Shown: piece by piece, positions 11,101-17,810 of the stretch | How positions within the stretch are numbered: the first letter of the stretch is position 1 | Layout: each line of letters opens with the position of its first letter | Source of the DNA: an uncultured Bifidobacteriaceae bacterium | GTDB taxonomy: Bacteria; Bacteroidota; Bacteroidia; Cytophagales; UBA9547 | Direction: 5' to 3' | Length of the DNA stretch: 52,586 nucleotides | NCBI GenBank assembly: GCA_964565665.1 | Contig: CAZMFZ010000003.1 | Coordinates: 7,101 to 59,686, forward strand | Notes under the pieces: generated by a model | What the model was told of the DNA's origin: nothing | The model's input: the letters and a program-made list of their open reading frames with translations, nothing else | The model's database searches: none | Translations under genes and position numbers: made by a program

Positions 11101-11865
11101 GCTTGGACTTATATTAATAAAAATGCACTTCTCGATACCAGCTTCACAATTGAAAGCAGATTAGTTAACGGCAGTCAATTTTATCCATGGACTGTCTCAG
11201 GCTTTGCTATTTTGAAAGATAGTTTATTCACACACACCAATTTATTGACCAAACAAGCTGCACAACAATTCAGAGTTGTAGGCGTGAATAATGCAGTTTG
11301 TGCATCTTTCCCTCATGACTTGGTTTATTTGGCAGGCACCAACAGCGAAGCCGATAGCAAAGTAAGCTTGAATTGGACCTCTTATAAAGGCTGGGCGAAA
11401 GGGGTAGATCATTATGAAGTATGGCGTAAATTGGACGATGAACCAGGTTTTTCATTCCTAAAAACTGCCGCTAACGACACCACCATCGAATTATTCAATA
11501 TAGTAGATGGGTTTATTCACGAATATAGAATACTTGCCGTAAGCAAAGAGCCAGTGCAAGACAGCATCAAATCGTGGTCGAATATTGTTCGCCTTGAGTT
11601 TAATAGGCAAATTGAACCCTACAACGCTTTCAGCCCCAATGGTGACGGCAAAAATGATGTGTTTGAAGTGAAAAACATCCAATCTTGGACTAGCAATGAA
11701 ATCTTTATTTTCAATCGTTGGGGTGGAAAGGTGTTTTATGCCAAACCATACAGAAACGATTGGACTGGAGACGGAATGCCTGACGGCACCTATTTCTACA
11801 TCATTAACTTGAATGATAAAAACAATACAAAACCGAGCAAAGGAAGCATATTGTTGCAGCGATGA
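2194..11865 (+). CDS. Giant T9SS-secreted surface protein/adhesin (3223 aa) with SprB/PKD-like/Ig-like repeats, FN3-like domains and a type B CTD
   Basis: Signal peptide; SCFGGNDG SprB-like start; many Cys-paired beta repeats; C-terminal NAFSPNGDGKND..IFNRWG..DWTG..PDGTYFY..KGSILLQR (CHU_C); PorP/SprF gene directly downstream. Confidence 0.9.
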   Translation: MRLLYTKLLSVFFFMGVTFLGFGQCPATNAVSISSLPVSCFGGNDGLVVFNFNPITISGSHRFRLYQLPNTPVSSAVIATSGPITFTGGISNGNYEVRYYKVGGIGSCGSLGSPVPIAGTNISVGQPAVVEISLLYDNELCFGTNQEMQGSDPVPPRGQPYSTLWSITGPSLAVLSPNNTADYVTVSNLQPGTFNATWSVSVSGCGVASTSTEPFYVRELPVISSSLTTTVCSGFPFNYIITSTTVGSTFQWTRPTNPNISNAAVTEFDETINETLINTSATPQLVLYQLQATGPGATACPGIPSVLTVTVNPTPTANATPSSDTKCSGQPVSFALSSNLANTIYTWVTSITSGVVSGINSGGGSTITDTPINSGNASTSYLYIVTPQNTLTGCSGLSPFTIPVTINVLPTVAGTNVPTVCGFASTSINLATNGTSFAWSNGQSTNPATLTPVVTGLNTFTVTVSSGLCGVATTVGVFSQSTVTVQGVNATVCGLNSATISLVTNGSNINWFNGTSTNSISVVPVSFGINNYNATVTSGVCNVTTVVSVLAQPLITVSSTNTTVCGFIPTSRLLITNGTAFNWNTGQTTNPATLTPTIFGLNTFTATVSSGLCNVVTSVGIVAIAPLSVAGTNATVCGLSLANISITTNGVNINWFNGATTSTISVTPTSLGNTNYPVTISSSICQIVTTVGVTAVSPVTVSGNNATVCGLIPTSFTLSTNGTSFSWSTGQTANPVTLTPVIFGLNTFIVTVSSGLCSVVTSVGIFATSSITIAGNAIPTICGITSTSFTLTTNGTSFLWSNGQTANPATLTPATFGLNAFTATVSSGFCRVTTTLGIFVQSPITVQGVNATVCGLNSANISILTNGSSINWFNGATTGSISIIPASVGINNYNATVTSGSCSVTTTVSVLSLAVVTVSSTNTSVCGLNPTGVLLSTNGSTFNWSSGQSTNPATLTPLSFGLNTFTVTVSSGLCNAVTTVGIVANAPITIAVTNTTTVCGLVSASVTLTTNGNNFNWSNGQTTNPAILTPSSGGLNSFTVTVNSGLCNAITTVGVFSLNLITNISGNPASPICSGSTVNVTASSIPSGGVFDWATQVISGTANGNSNVSASNSINQSLTSTGLGIVSYTVVGTLNGCAGSPAIFNVTVNPAVSQPTFISGSNPICQGTTNVYQTDLPASLNASSITWSVFPASAGSQILTQNVTTVNWNAAFSGNVTLTATAFGCGASQSSFSTVLGISANPTFVSELTQQNNSCIADNGIITATITSVPNSIRLNNTINPASFFAGIATFSNLGPGTYIIVMRNAVGCATSSTGYNIIAPATPLAPNAVSAPAGNYCEGATVPTLTITVPSGLIGLYDSGVLVTTTSSIQSLNLPITAGSYNYSANVTVNGCVSPSTFIIYSINFSPSITGIAGSNPTSCGSSDGSLTVTGSASLYTLGSVSNATGIFTSLAPITHNVIASTGNCSVTSSITLSAPGQTSPPVLSGGNTYCAGQPISLLTVTSTISGTFGLYNASNTVVETKIGSSAVFNTTASGTYYANITVAGCASAQSNTENIIINAIPIIAISGNNAACNGNLVTVTANAGFGSIYIWSGAQTGNTAFFNNSGLKTVLATVSGCSSSLSFVTTINSNPIVTISASQTSVCSNANVTLTGNGANNFTWLPSLISAPSIVVPVVGNTIISVIGTDLNGCVGNAIVNLSVTSGIVAVDSPLGNTSKCSGSGTFGYALPNTKTFYNATTFNWFLIPAASGTITVSTSPNEHVASVAWNASFAGVAIISVVGFDACGNTSGNFTNVTINSSPTISSISTIDPSSCSVSDGAITITGTAASGSVTYVNLTANTTVVSGIFSSLSASPISSYNLRLVDVVNGCFTDATASLNPAGQPAAPSISGGNTYCTGQTVQPIFATSATIGGISIYLSPNIFIASTLGNSLSVLPSVSGNYFARFSDGSCVSVNSAAEAVTFNNLFITATTPNPVNVCEGSAVALAIIDAGATYAWFGVGLDVNFGGSVNATPTFAGTNYYVVTALGSGSCTASFTFTVNGLAKPTTQLIATNQTVCGDNINLALNNVGGTSLTYFDGFVNNTVAFAGNGFNVPLTLGDNIFSLISVSGASCFNTTASGSVTIFRRADTDPLCTCTGRGELIGGSGSVCEGGSSTFNLVVSVTGSSPLSVEILQNGDVNNRLTFTGLNAGVNANLAVSPNVTTDYTIYQVNSATCQGAGSGSIRISVTPVPILSVTSPVIVNCTTTSVDLSNYFVDLNTTISGGITTYWDDANYTIPISNIVTASKVYYIRKVASGLSTCSGEAAISVVFRSKPAGIVTGGGSVCAGQSTNISASFTGGTAPYSFVYGSATSTSGIQSSSGLFSTSVNAGNDTYTVLGISDASGCAISVSGIAIVALSPSSLCGGNVVCITSPSAPILFSQVAQCGEIKLNWTPQLVDYYSFTLQFISGNVSSTGTTTGFNTSFSGLSAGNYNVIVSASNTCGTSSEATLLGVNTSDALTAVVTGGGQVCANQKALLSISLTGTAPFSVTLSNGTSYINQANNFTITVGGLTENYTIATMADATGCTNLITSTGTDVVGVFPQNASIAVASKFTSSCESGSFVFSASGVNGGTSPSFNWYVNNQLVSLTGTSYSVVGIDTIGDSSFLTISGLANNDAITAQLTPDPLVASCVLNASSIFSSPVNVKIENIDLSSAISYIPTQCLNSSDGVLYINLPNKYAGRTFSYSVNTIVGVVYDPLITVGGLLANKLNITITDADNPQCTLDTITNGTGTVNATIIPAVTNADCNANNGSIGMYFRSEFPNYNVTIIGLNTTTGIDNVISVVSNIVSDSASGYTFMFDKLGIGLYQINLEYNNCFASLPVLSIGGGSTPIVDLGEDIKICRGDSIILTTSGIAGGLYSWFKNDSLISTGSFNYLPIRPSKSAIYSVSVPGTNGCYATDFVSVNVADISLKLVTTALESDTKVNLAWTYINKNALLDTSFTIESRLVNGSQFYPWTVSGFAILKDSLFTHTNLLTKQAAQQFRVVGVNNAVCASFPHDLVYLAGTNSEADSKVSLNWTSYKGWAKGVDHYEVWRKLDDEPGFSFLKTAANDTTIELFNIVDGFIHEYRILAVSKEPVQDSIKSWSNIVRLEFNRQIEPYNAFSPNGDGKNDVFEVKNIQSWTSNEIFIFNRWGGKVFYAKPYRNDWTGDGMPDGTYFYIINLNDKNNTKPSKGSILLQR
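3421..5367 (+). repeat. Nine tandem ~216-nt (~72-aa) intragenic repeats
   Basis: Recurring T(V/I)CG..TNG..W..G..T..P..G.N.F/Y.VTVSSG.C units in two subtypes, order A-B-A-B-A-A-B-A-A. Confidence 0.9.
9156..9164 (+). repeat. G9 homopolymer inside the adhesin CDS
   Basis: ACG GGG GGG GGC (Thr-Gly-Gly-Gly), nine consecutive G. Confidence 0.9.
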
Positions 11866-11871
11866 AAAACT

Positions 11872-11959
11872 AACTTTTCCAAAGTTTTAAAAATGGGAAT
11901 GATTTTAAATAAGAAAGGTTTGGAATGTCCAACTTTTCCAAAGTTCAAACTTTGGAAAA
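11872..11959. repeat. REP-like element: 15-nt direct repeat plus palindrome
   Basis: AACTTTTCCAAAGTT at 11872 and 11931; the second copy forms a perfect 12-bp inverted repeat TTTTCCAAAGTT-CA-AACTTTGGAAAA. Confidence 0.75.
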
Positions 11960-11995
11960 TGTCTGAAAATAACAAGGAATTTAAAATAATGCCTA

Positions 11996-13012
11996 ATGAA
12001 AATATTTAACATATTGAATTTTATTTTTAAATGGATTATTGAAGTAAAGCAAACTGCATTACGCATTACGCATTACGCGATATTTCTTTGCCTCTCTTTT
12101 GGCGCTTTTACTCAACAAGATGCACATTTCACACAATACATGTTCAACAACCAGTATTTTAATCCGGCATTTGCAGGTACTGCCGATTACATTACAGGAA
12201 CTCTATTTTACCGCAAGCAATGGGTAGGTATGCCCGGTTCGCCAGTCACTCAAAACCTGACAGGCATTGTACCATTCAAAAGAAACCATTTTGCATTGGC
12301 TTTCAACTTAGTTAATGACCAGATTGGGGAAGTGAGAGCGGGTGCTTTAAACATCAATATTGCTTTCGCCTATTACCTTAATATAAAAAATGGGAGGCTT
12401 TCATTTGGCTTGGGTGGTGGAGTACAGCAATATAGTGTAGATGGCGGAACAATACGAACAGTCGACAATACCGATTTGACATTCGCAAATAAGTCGGTAA
12501 ATCAATTGGCTCCTGATTTTAATTTTGGTGTGTTTTATAAAACCAATCGCTATTATGTGGGCATTTCAAGTACACATTTGAATAATCCAAACAGGCGGTT
12601 AACAGCCTATAAAGCTGAAAACCCAGCCGTAACTGCTAGGCATTATTACCTTACAGCAGGATACACTTTTGAAGTAGATGAAAAATTCAAGGTCACTCCT
12701 TCAATCATCAATCGTTTTTCAGAGTCTAAAATTTTTGGCAGCAATTTCTCTACAGATATTTCGGTTAAAACTGATTACATAGACATGGTCTGGCTGGGTG
12801 CTTCCTACCGAACTACTAATGCTTTGGCATTTTTTACGGGTGTGAATGTGGGGAAAATAAATGCAGATGTATTCAAAGAAAATATCAAAATAGGCTACGC
12901 TTACGATATTTCTGTTGGCCCACAACCTGCTTTCAATAATGGTTCGCACGAAATTTTTATTTCCTACGAATACGCCCCCAAAGTAAAGCGTATGATGCCT
13001 AAATTTAAGTAG
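11996..13012 (+). CDS. PorP/SprF family T9SS outer-membrane barrel
   Basis: QQDAHFTQYMFN..YFNPAFAG, YRKQWVGMPGSP, IGYAYD, GSHEIFISY family motifs; follows a type B CTD gene. Confidence 0.93.
   Translation: MKIFNILNFIFKWIIEVKQTALRITHYAIFLCLSFGAFTQQDAHFTQYMFNNQYFNPAFAGTADYITGTLFYRKQWVGMPGSPVTQNLTGIVPFKRNHFALAFNLVNDQIGEVRAGALNINIAFAYYLNIKNGRLSFGLGGGVQQYSVDGGTIRTVDNTDLTFANKSVNQLAPDFNFGVFYKTNRYYVGISSTHLNNPNRRLTAYKAENPAVTARHYYLTAGYTFEVDEKFKVTPSIINRFSESKIFGSNFSTDISVKTDYIDMVWLGASYRTTNALAFFTGVNVGKINADVFKENIKIGYAYDISVGPQPAFNNGSHEIFISYEYAPKVKRMMPKFK
12056..12078 (+). repeat. Heptamer tandem repeat (GCATTAC)x3 in the signal-peptide region of the PorP gene
   Basis: gcattac gcattac gcattac gc. Confidence 0.9.
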
Positions 13013-13085
13013 GTATTATTAAGTAAATTATATTTTTTTTTGGTATATTTCGGAATCAACTTTCCTTCATCCGAATTTATATAAA

Positions 13086-14069
13086 ATGTTTTTCCAATTT
13101 TCTGGAGTTTCAAAACCATTAAAAATTGTTTTTTTAGACGCAGGCACATTGTTTGGTATATCTAACTTATTGTCTATTAATTCTTTAGGTGAATATATTC
13201 AATATCACCATACCCTTGAAAATGAAGTTGGTGATCGATTAAAAGATGCTGATGTGGCTATAACCAATAAAGTAGTAATCGACAAATTGGTTATGCAAAA
13301 CTGCCCCAACCTCAAATTGATATGTGTAGCTGCCACAGGAATGAATAATATTGATTTGGAGTACGCAGCCATTAAAAAGATAGAAGTCAAAAATGTTCCT
13401 GGTTATTCTACCAAAAGTGTAGCACAAGTTACTTGGGGAATGATTCTTCATTTATTTAATCATGTAAACTATTATGACCATTACGTAAAATCGGGTGCAT
13501 ACATTACCAATGAATTTTTTACGCATGTTGGCGTTTGTTTTAATGAGTTGTCAGGAAAAACATTAGGTGTAATAGGGTTGAGTACTATCGGGAAGCAAGT
13601 AGCTAAAATAGCAGAGGCATTTGGGATGAAAGTGGTTTACACCTCTATATCTAATAGTGTACACGATAGTGTTTATGAGAGATTGAGCCTAGATAATTTG
13701 CTAGCGAAATCAGACGTTGTGGTCATTCACACGCCACTTTCACCACAGACGAAGCACCTTATAAATTTCGAGAAATTGAAGCTTATGAAATCAAAGGCTT
13801 TCATTGTTAATACTAGTAGAGGCGGAATAGTGGTAGAGTCTGATTTGGTGCGTGCATTGAATGAAAACATTATTGCAGGTGCAGGAGTAGATGTTTTTGA
13901 GGGTGAACCCATTGCTGAAAATAGCCCATATTTTATGGTTGAAAACAAATCCAAAATGGTGCTTTCACCACATATAGCATGGGCATCTGTTGAGTCAAGA
14001 ACTGTACTAGTAGAGAAAATAAAAGAAAATATTCTGCAGTTCAACTCAAAAGCGGACAGCTATTTTTAA
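13086..14069 (+). CDS. D-2-hydroxyacid dehydrogenase (glycerate dehydrogenase/HprA-like)
   Basis: KIVFLD, ITNKV, ATGMNNID, Rossmann GVIGLSTIG, catalytic NTSRG / DVFEGEP / SPHIAW. Confidence 0.92.
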   Translation: MFFQFSGVSKPLKIVFLDAGTLFGISNLLSINSLGEYIQYHHTLENEVGDRLKDADVAITNKVVIDKLVMQNCPNLKLICVAATGMNNIDLEYAAIKKIEVKNVPGYSTKSVAQVTWGMILHLFNHVNYYDHYVKSGAYITNEFFTHVGVCFNELSGKTLGVIGLSTIGKQVAKIAEAFGMKVVYTSISNSVHDSVYERLSLDNLLAKSDVVVIHTPLSPQTKHLINFEKLKLMKSKAFIVNTSRGGIVVESDLVRALNENIIAGAGVDVFEGEPIAENSPYFMVENKSKMVLSPHIAWASVESRTVLVEKIKENILQFNSKADSYF

Positions 14070-14144
14070 CTAGTTATTATACTGTATCTATGTTGAAAAA
14101 TAGAGAAAATTAAGATTAGATTATAAAGGAGGAATTGAAATTAA

Positions 14145-15926
14145 TTATTCTAAAATCAGATAGCTCCATCCTTCTGTAGCGTCTTTAGGTCTTTTCTTGG
14201 TCTGAATTTTTTCAAGCACTTTTCTTTTAAAATCATCACATGTCTGACGCCTCAGCAATATCATCTCAGCTATTTTTTGTGCAGAAATATCCTTTCTTTC
14301 TGTTACTAAGAAAAGAATATAAAACGCTTTTACTATAGAGAATTTGAGTTTGTAAAATATAGTAAAGGTAGTGGCCGATTCCTCATATCCGCATTTGGTA
14401 CAGCGCTGCGAATAAGGCATTTTGCCATTGCTTGCTATTTTGTTTTCACATTTTTTACATTCATATCCTTTGTTCCATTTCAACGCTACCAAATATTGAT
14501 AACATGTGTCTTCAGAGGGAAATATCTTCTTGAATTCATCAATTGAAATAGATTTTCGCATAATTTTATCTTTCTCAAGCACCGTTACATCACCTTCCAG
14601 CTTCTGATTATAGGCCAATAATAAGTCATTCATTTGCTGAATTTTTACATTTGCCAAGGCTAGTTCGTAGGTTCGATTGATTACACTAAGTTCCAACATC
14701 TGGTTCATTTCCTGAGATAGTTTTTGTTTTTCATCCAATTCGACAATAAGCAAATTTTGCGAATGTTCTTTTTCCTTTTTCAAAGTGCGATACCTATCTG
14801 AAATGGCAATGGTGAATAAGATAATTTCAAGCACTGTCATATTGGAAAATGAAAAAATAAAATCTCCATCTTGAATAAATGAATAAATGGTTTCTTCTCT
14901 TAGTATTTGTAATACGCTGTGAATAATCATTCCCAAATAAACCAAACATAGACTCAAAATGAAGAAACGAGCCGCTTTGAATCCCTGTCGATAGCGTGCA
15001 ATACCAGCAATTAAACTACTGAGTATTATCATATTGTCGGTGAGAGAATGCAATAAAACAGGGTAGCTCTGCCAAATTCCCACCGCCAAAGCGATTAATT
15101 TTAATAACACCAGAAATAGAATCAACTTGTCGATGATGGGCGTAAACTGGTTGGTTTTTAAAAATCCTCGGGTATAAATTAATAAGAAGATAGTAATGAA
15201 ACTGAAGGGAATGGAATAGAAATAGAGTTCGTGTGGGAAATTATAATTAAATAAACTGTGCATATTTATTTTGGTAATAAATAGATATATGCCAAACGAT
15301 AACACGTAGAAAAAATAGTATAAATAAAATCGCTCTTTAATGCCTAAGAACATCACAAAAGTGTAAACTAGGGTAAGGAAAATTATGCCTAATATCAATC
15401 CATAGTAAAACATGTCGTTCATTACGGCATTTGCATACTCAGTATATAATATCATAAAAAACCCTATACCCGAATAATAATTGGGACTTTTGATTTTGAT
15501 GATTATAGGTAGAGATTGGTATTCAGAAGTCAGTACATAATCCCAATTGAGTGAATTTATTGGCTTAAGAGCTAAAAGATGTTGTTGCTTCCATACATAC
15601 ACTTCACATAGATTGTAATCATTCTGCAGATAAATGGCAACAGGTGTGCTGTATACTTTGTTAAATTGTACTTTCAGCCAATAAGTGCCTGATTTTTGGC
15701 TTACTCGCTCTTCTGGCTTAAGATTTTTAAATTCAGAATCGTATTTATGGCTTAATATTTCAGCTAAGGAAAGGCTATTTGTAGTATCGTGAAATACCAA
15801 TTCTTGTCTTTCAGGTGGGAGAACTATTTTTTTATATTCCCCAATGATAATATTTTTAGCTGTGCAAGAAAGCAAAGTAGCTAACAATATGATATAAATA
15901 GAAAAATCAGTTTTGGTAAAATACAT
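14145..15926 (-). CDS. 7TM-DISM membrane receptor with coiled coil and C-terminal IS1595-like Zn-ribbon/HTH domain
   Basis: Extracellular DISM-like region (YWLKVQF); seven hydrophobic segments (YYGLILG..YLYYFFYV..ARFFILS..LEIILFTIAISDRY); coiled coil; then EFKKIFPSEDTCYQYLVALKW.GYECKKC..RCTKC..ESATTFTIF..ISAQKIAE. Confidence 0.82.
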   Translation of the reverse strand: MYFTKTDFSIYIILLATLLSCTAKNIIIGEYKKIVLPPERQELVFHDTTNSLSLAEILSHKYDSEFKNLKPEERVSQKSGTYWLKVQFNKVYSTPVAIYLQNDYNLCEVYVWKQQHLLALKPINSLNWDYVLTSEYQSLPIIIKIKSPNYYSGIGFFMILYTEYANAVMNDMFYYGLILGIIFLTLVYTFVMFLGIKERFYLYYFFYVLSFGIYLFITKINMHSLFNYNFPHELYFYSIPFSFITIFLLIYTRGFLKTNQFTPIIDKLILFLVLLKLIALAVGIWQSYPVLLHSLTDNMIILSSLIAGIARYRQGFKAARFFILSLCLVYLGMIIHSVLQILREETIYSFIQDGDFIFSFSNMTVLEIILFTIAISDRYRTLKKEKEHSQNLLIVELDEKQKLSQEMNQMLELSVINRTYELALANVKIQQMNDLLLAYNQKLEGDVTVLEKDKIMRKSISIDEFKKIFPSEDTCYQYLVALKWNKGYECKKCENKIASNGKMPYSQRCTKCGYEESATTFTIFYKLKFSIVKAFYILFLVTERKDISAQKIAEMILLRRQTCDDFKRKVLEKIQTKKRPKDATEGWSYLILE

Positions 15927-16447
15927 GATTGATTGTAGTAGTTAATAGCAATATACAGAAGATACCATATTAAACATTACAGTAATCGAAAAAGGATATG
16001 TCAAATAATAAATTTTTATTATACCATGTTTTGGCTTACTTAGGCTTTAGTTTTGAAGGAAAATTAAAATATAGTAGGATATTAAGGCTGAAAACGAAAA
16101 ACTATAACACTACAAAGATTTTCAAAATCAATAGTATTAGCGAATGAAAGTAATTGCCGTTTTAGATACATATTTGATTATATTGTAAAGTGAAATATAG
16201 AAAGACGATATATTAATTAGTGCTTGAATATTACGAATATGAGTTGATAAAATTGGTTTCATAAAATTACAAATGTGTAGGTGATTGTGTATTTGTAAAC
16301 TTTATCCGACTGGTTTAATTGTGCACATTTGCCAAATATTTTCTTTTTTACATTTTGAATAATTTAAAAATGGAATTGCAACATAGCTTTATTGAAGAAG
16401 TGTTGAAATAGTTTTGAATTCAAAAAAAAACAGACCGAGAACAAAGT

Positions 16448-17794
16448 ATGATTTCTAAATACCTTATTAATAATGTAACAATTGTAAATGAAGGCCAATG
16501 TATTACAAAAGACATTCTTTTTTACGACAACTTAATTCAGAAAATTGGCTACATTGAAGTTGAACCCGACTTTAACGTAATTGACGGATCTGGCAAACAT
16601 TTATTTCCTGGAATAATAGATGGGCAAGTGCATTTTCGAGATCCTGGACTAACGCACAAAGGCGACCTTTATACTGAAACTAAAGCATCAATAGCTGGTG
16701 GCATCACCTCTTTTATAGATATGCCCAACACAATCCCTAATGTATTGACAGTAGAAATTCTTGCCGACAAATACGAACTGGCTTCAAAAAAATCATTGGC
16801 CAACTATTCCTTCTTTTTGGGCGTAAATGGCGACAATATTGATGAAATTATTGCAACAGATACTTCAAAAATGATTGGCGTTTCTGATGATGGATTGTAT
16901 TTCACAAAAAAAGGTAATTTGTTAGCAGACAATCCTGCAACGATGGAAAAACTATTGGCCAATTGCAAATCTGTTATCGCCATTCATTCTGAAAAAGAAC
17001 AGATTGTAGAGGAAAATGAAAATAATTATAGAGAAAAATATAGCGAGAATGTGCCTATTGAGTGTCACCCTTTAATTCGAAGCGAAACGGCTTGCTTTGA
17101 AGCAACCAAACAGGCTTTAGAACTTGCTCACAAACACAAAGCAAGACTGCATATTTTGCACCTTACCACAGAAGCGGAGACTCATTTATTTAGAAATGAT
17201 ATTACGTTAAAAGAGAAAAATATTACCACAGAAGTTTCTGTTCATCATCTTTGGTTTTCCGATAAAGATTATTCTCGTTTAGGCAATTTAATAAAATGGA
17301 ATCCTGCGATCAAAACAGAAAAAGATAAGAAAGGACTATTTAAAGCATTATTGGACGATAGAATCGATATAGTAACTACCGACCACGCTCCACATACATT
17401 GGAGGAGAAACAAAAGCCTTATTTTCAATCCATGTCAGGTGCGCCTATGGTGCAGCATTCGTTAAATTGTATGTTGGAATTTTATAAGCAGGGGCTTATT
17501 TCTTTGGAGAAGATAGTGGAGAAAATGTGTCACAATCCTGCCATTCTTTACCGAATTGAGAAAAGGGGATATATCAGAGAAAGATATTATGCAGATTTAA
17601 CCTTGGTTGATTTGAAGTCAAATTGGACTGTAGCAAAAGATAATATATTATATAAATGTGGGTGGTCTCCATTGGAAGGAACAAATTTTCAAACCAAAGT
17701 AATACAGACATTTGTAAATGGTAATTTGATTTACGATAACGGACATTTCAATGAAACAGTTAAAGGAATGGCTTTAACTATCTTAGCAGAATAG
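16448..17794 (+). CDS. pyrC: Dihydroorotase (amidohydrolase family), variant active site
   Basis: PGIIDGQVHFRDPGLTHKG, DMPNT.P, IHSE, LHILHLTT, KWNPAIK, TDHAPH, KCGWSPLEG. Confidence 0.85.
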   Translation: MISKYLINNVTIVNEGQCITKDILFYDNLIQKIGYIEVEPDFNVIDGSGKHLFPGIIDGQVHFRDPGLTHKGDLYTETKASIAGGITSFIDMPNTIPNVLTVEILADKYELASKKSLANYSFFLGVNGDNIDEIIATDTSKMIGVSDDGLYFTKKGNLLADNPATMEKLLANCKSVIAIHSEKEQIVEENENNYREKYSENVPIECHPLIRSETACFEATKQALELAHKHKARLHILHLTTEAETHLFRNDITLKEKNITTEVSVHHLWFSDKDYSRLGNLIKWNPAIKTEKDKKGLFKALLDDRIDIVTTDHAPHTLEEKQKPYFQSMSGAPMVQHSLNCMLEFYKQGLISLEKIVEKMCHNPAILYRIEKRGYIRERYYADLTLVDLKSNWTVAKDNILYKCGWSPLEGTNFQTKVIQTFVNGNLIYDNGHFNETVKGMALTILAE

Positions 17795-17810
17795 AAAATT
17801 TTGTACTTCA

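Noticed and set aside
14145-14553. Active IS1595 insertion sequence
   Set aside because: No DDE domain, terminal inverted repeats or target duplication seen; the domain is fused in frame to a receptor
15927-16447. Long AT-rich spacer considered for an ncRNA or riboswitch
   Set aside because: No stable stems or known RNA motifs seen; consistent with a divergent promoter region
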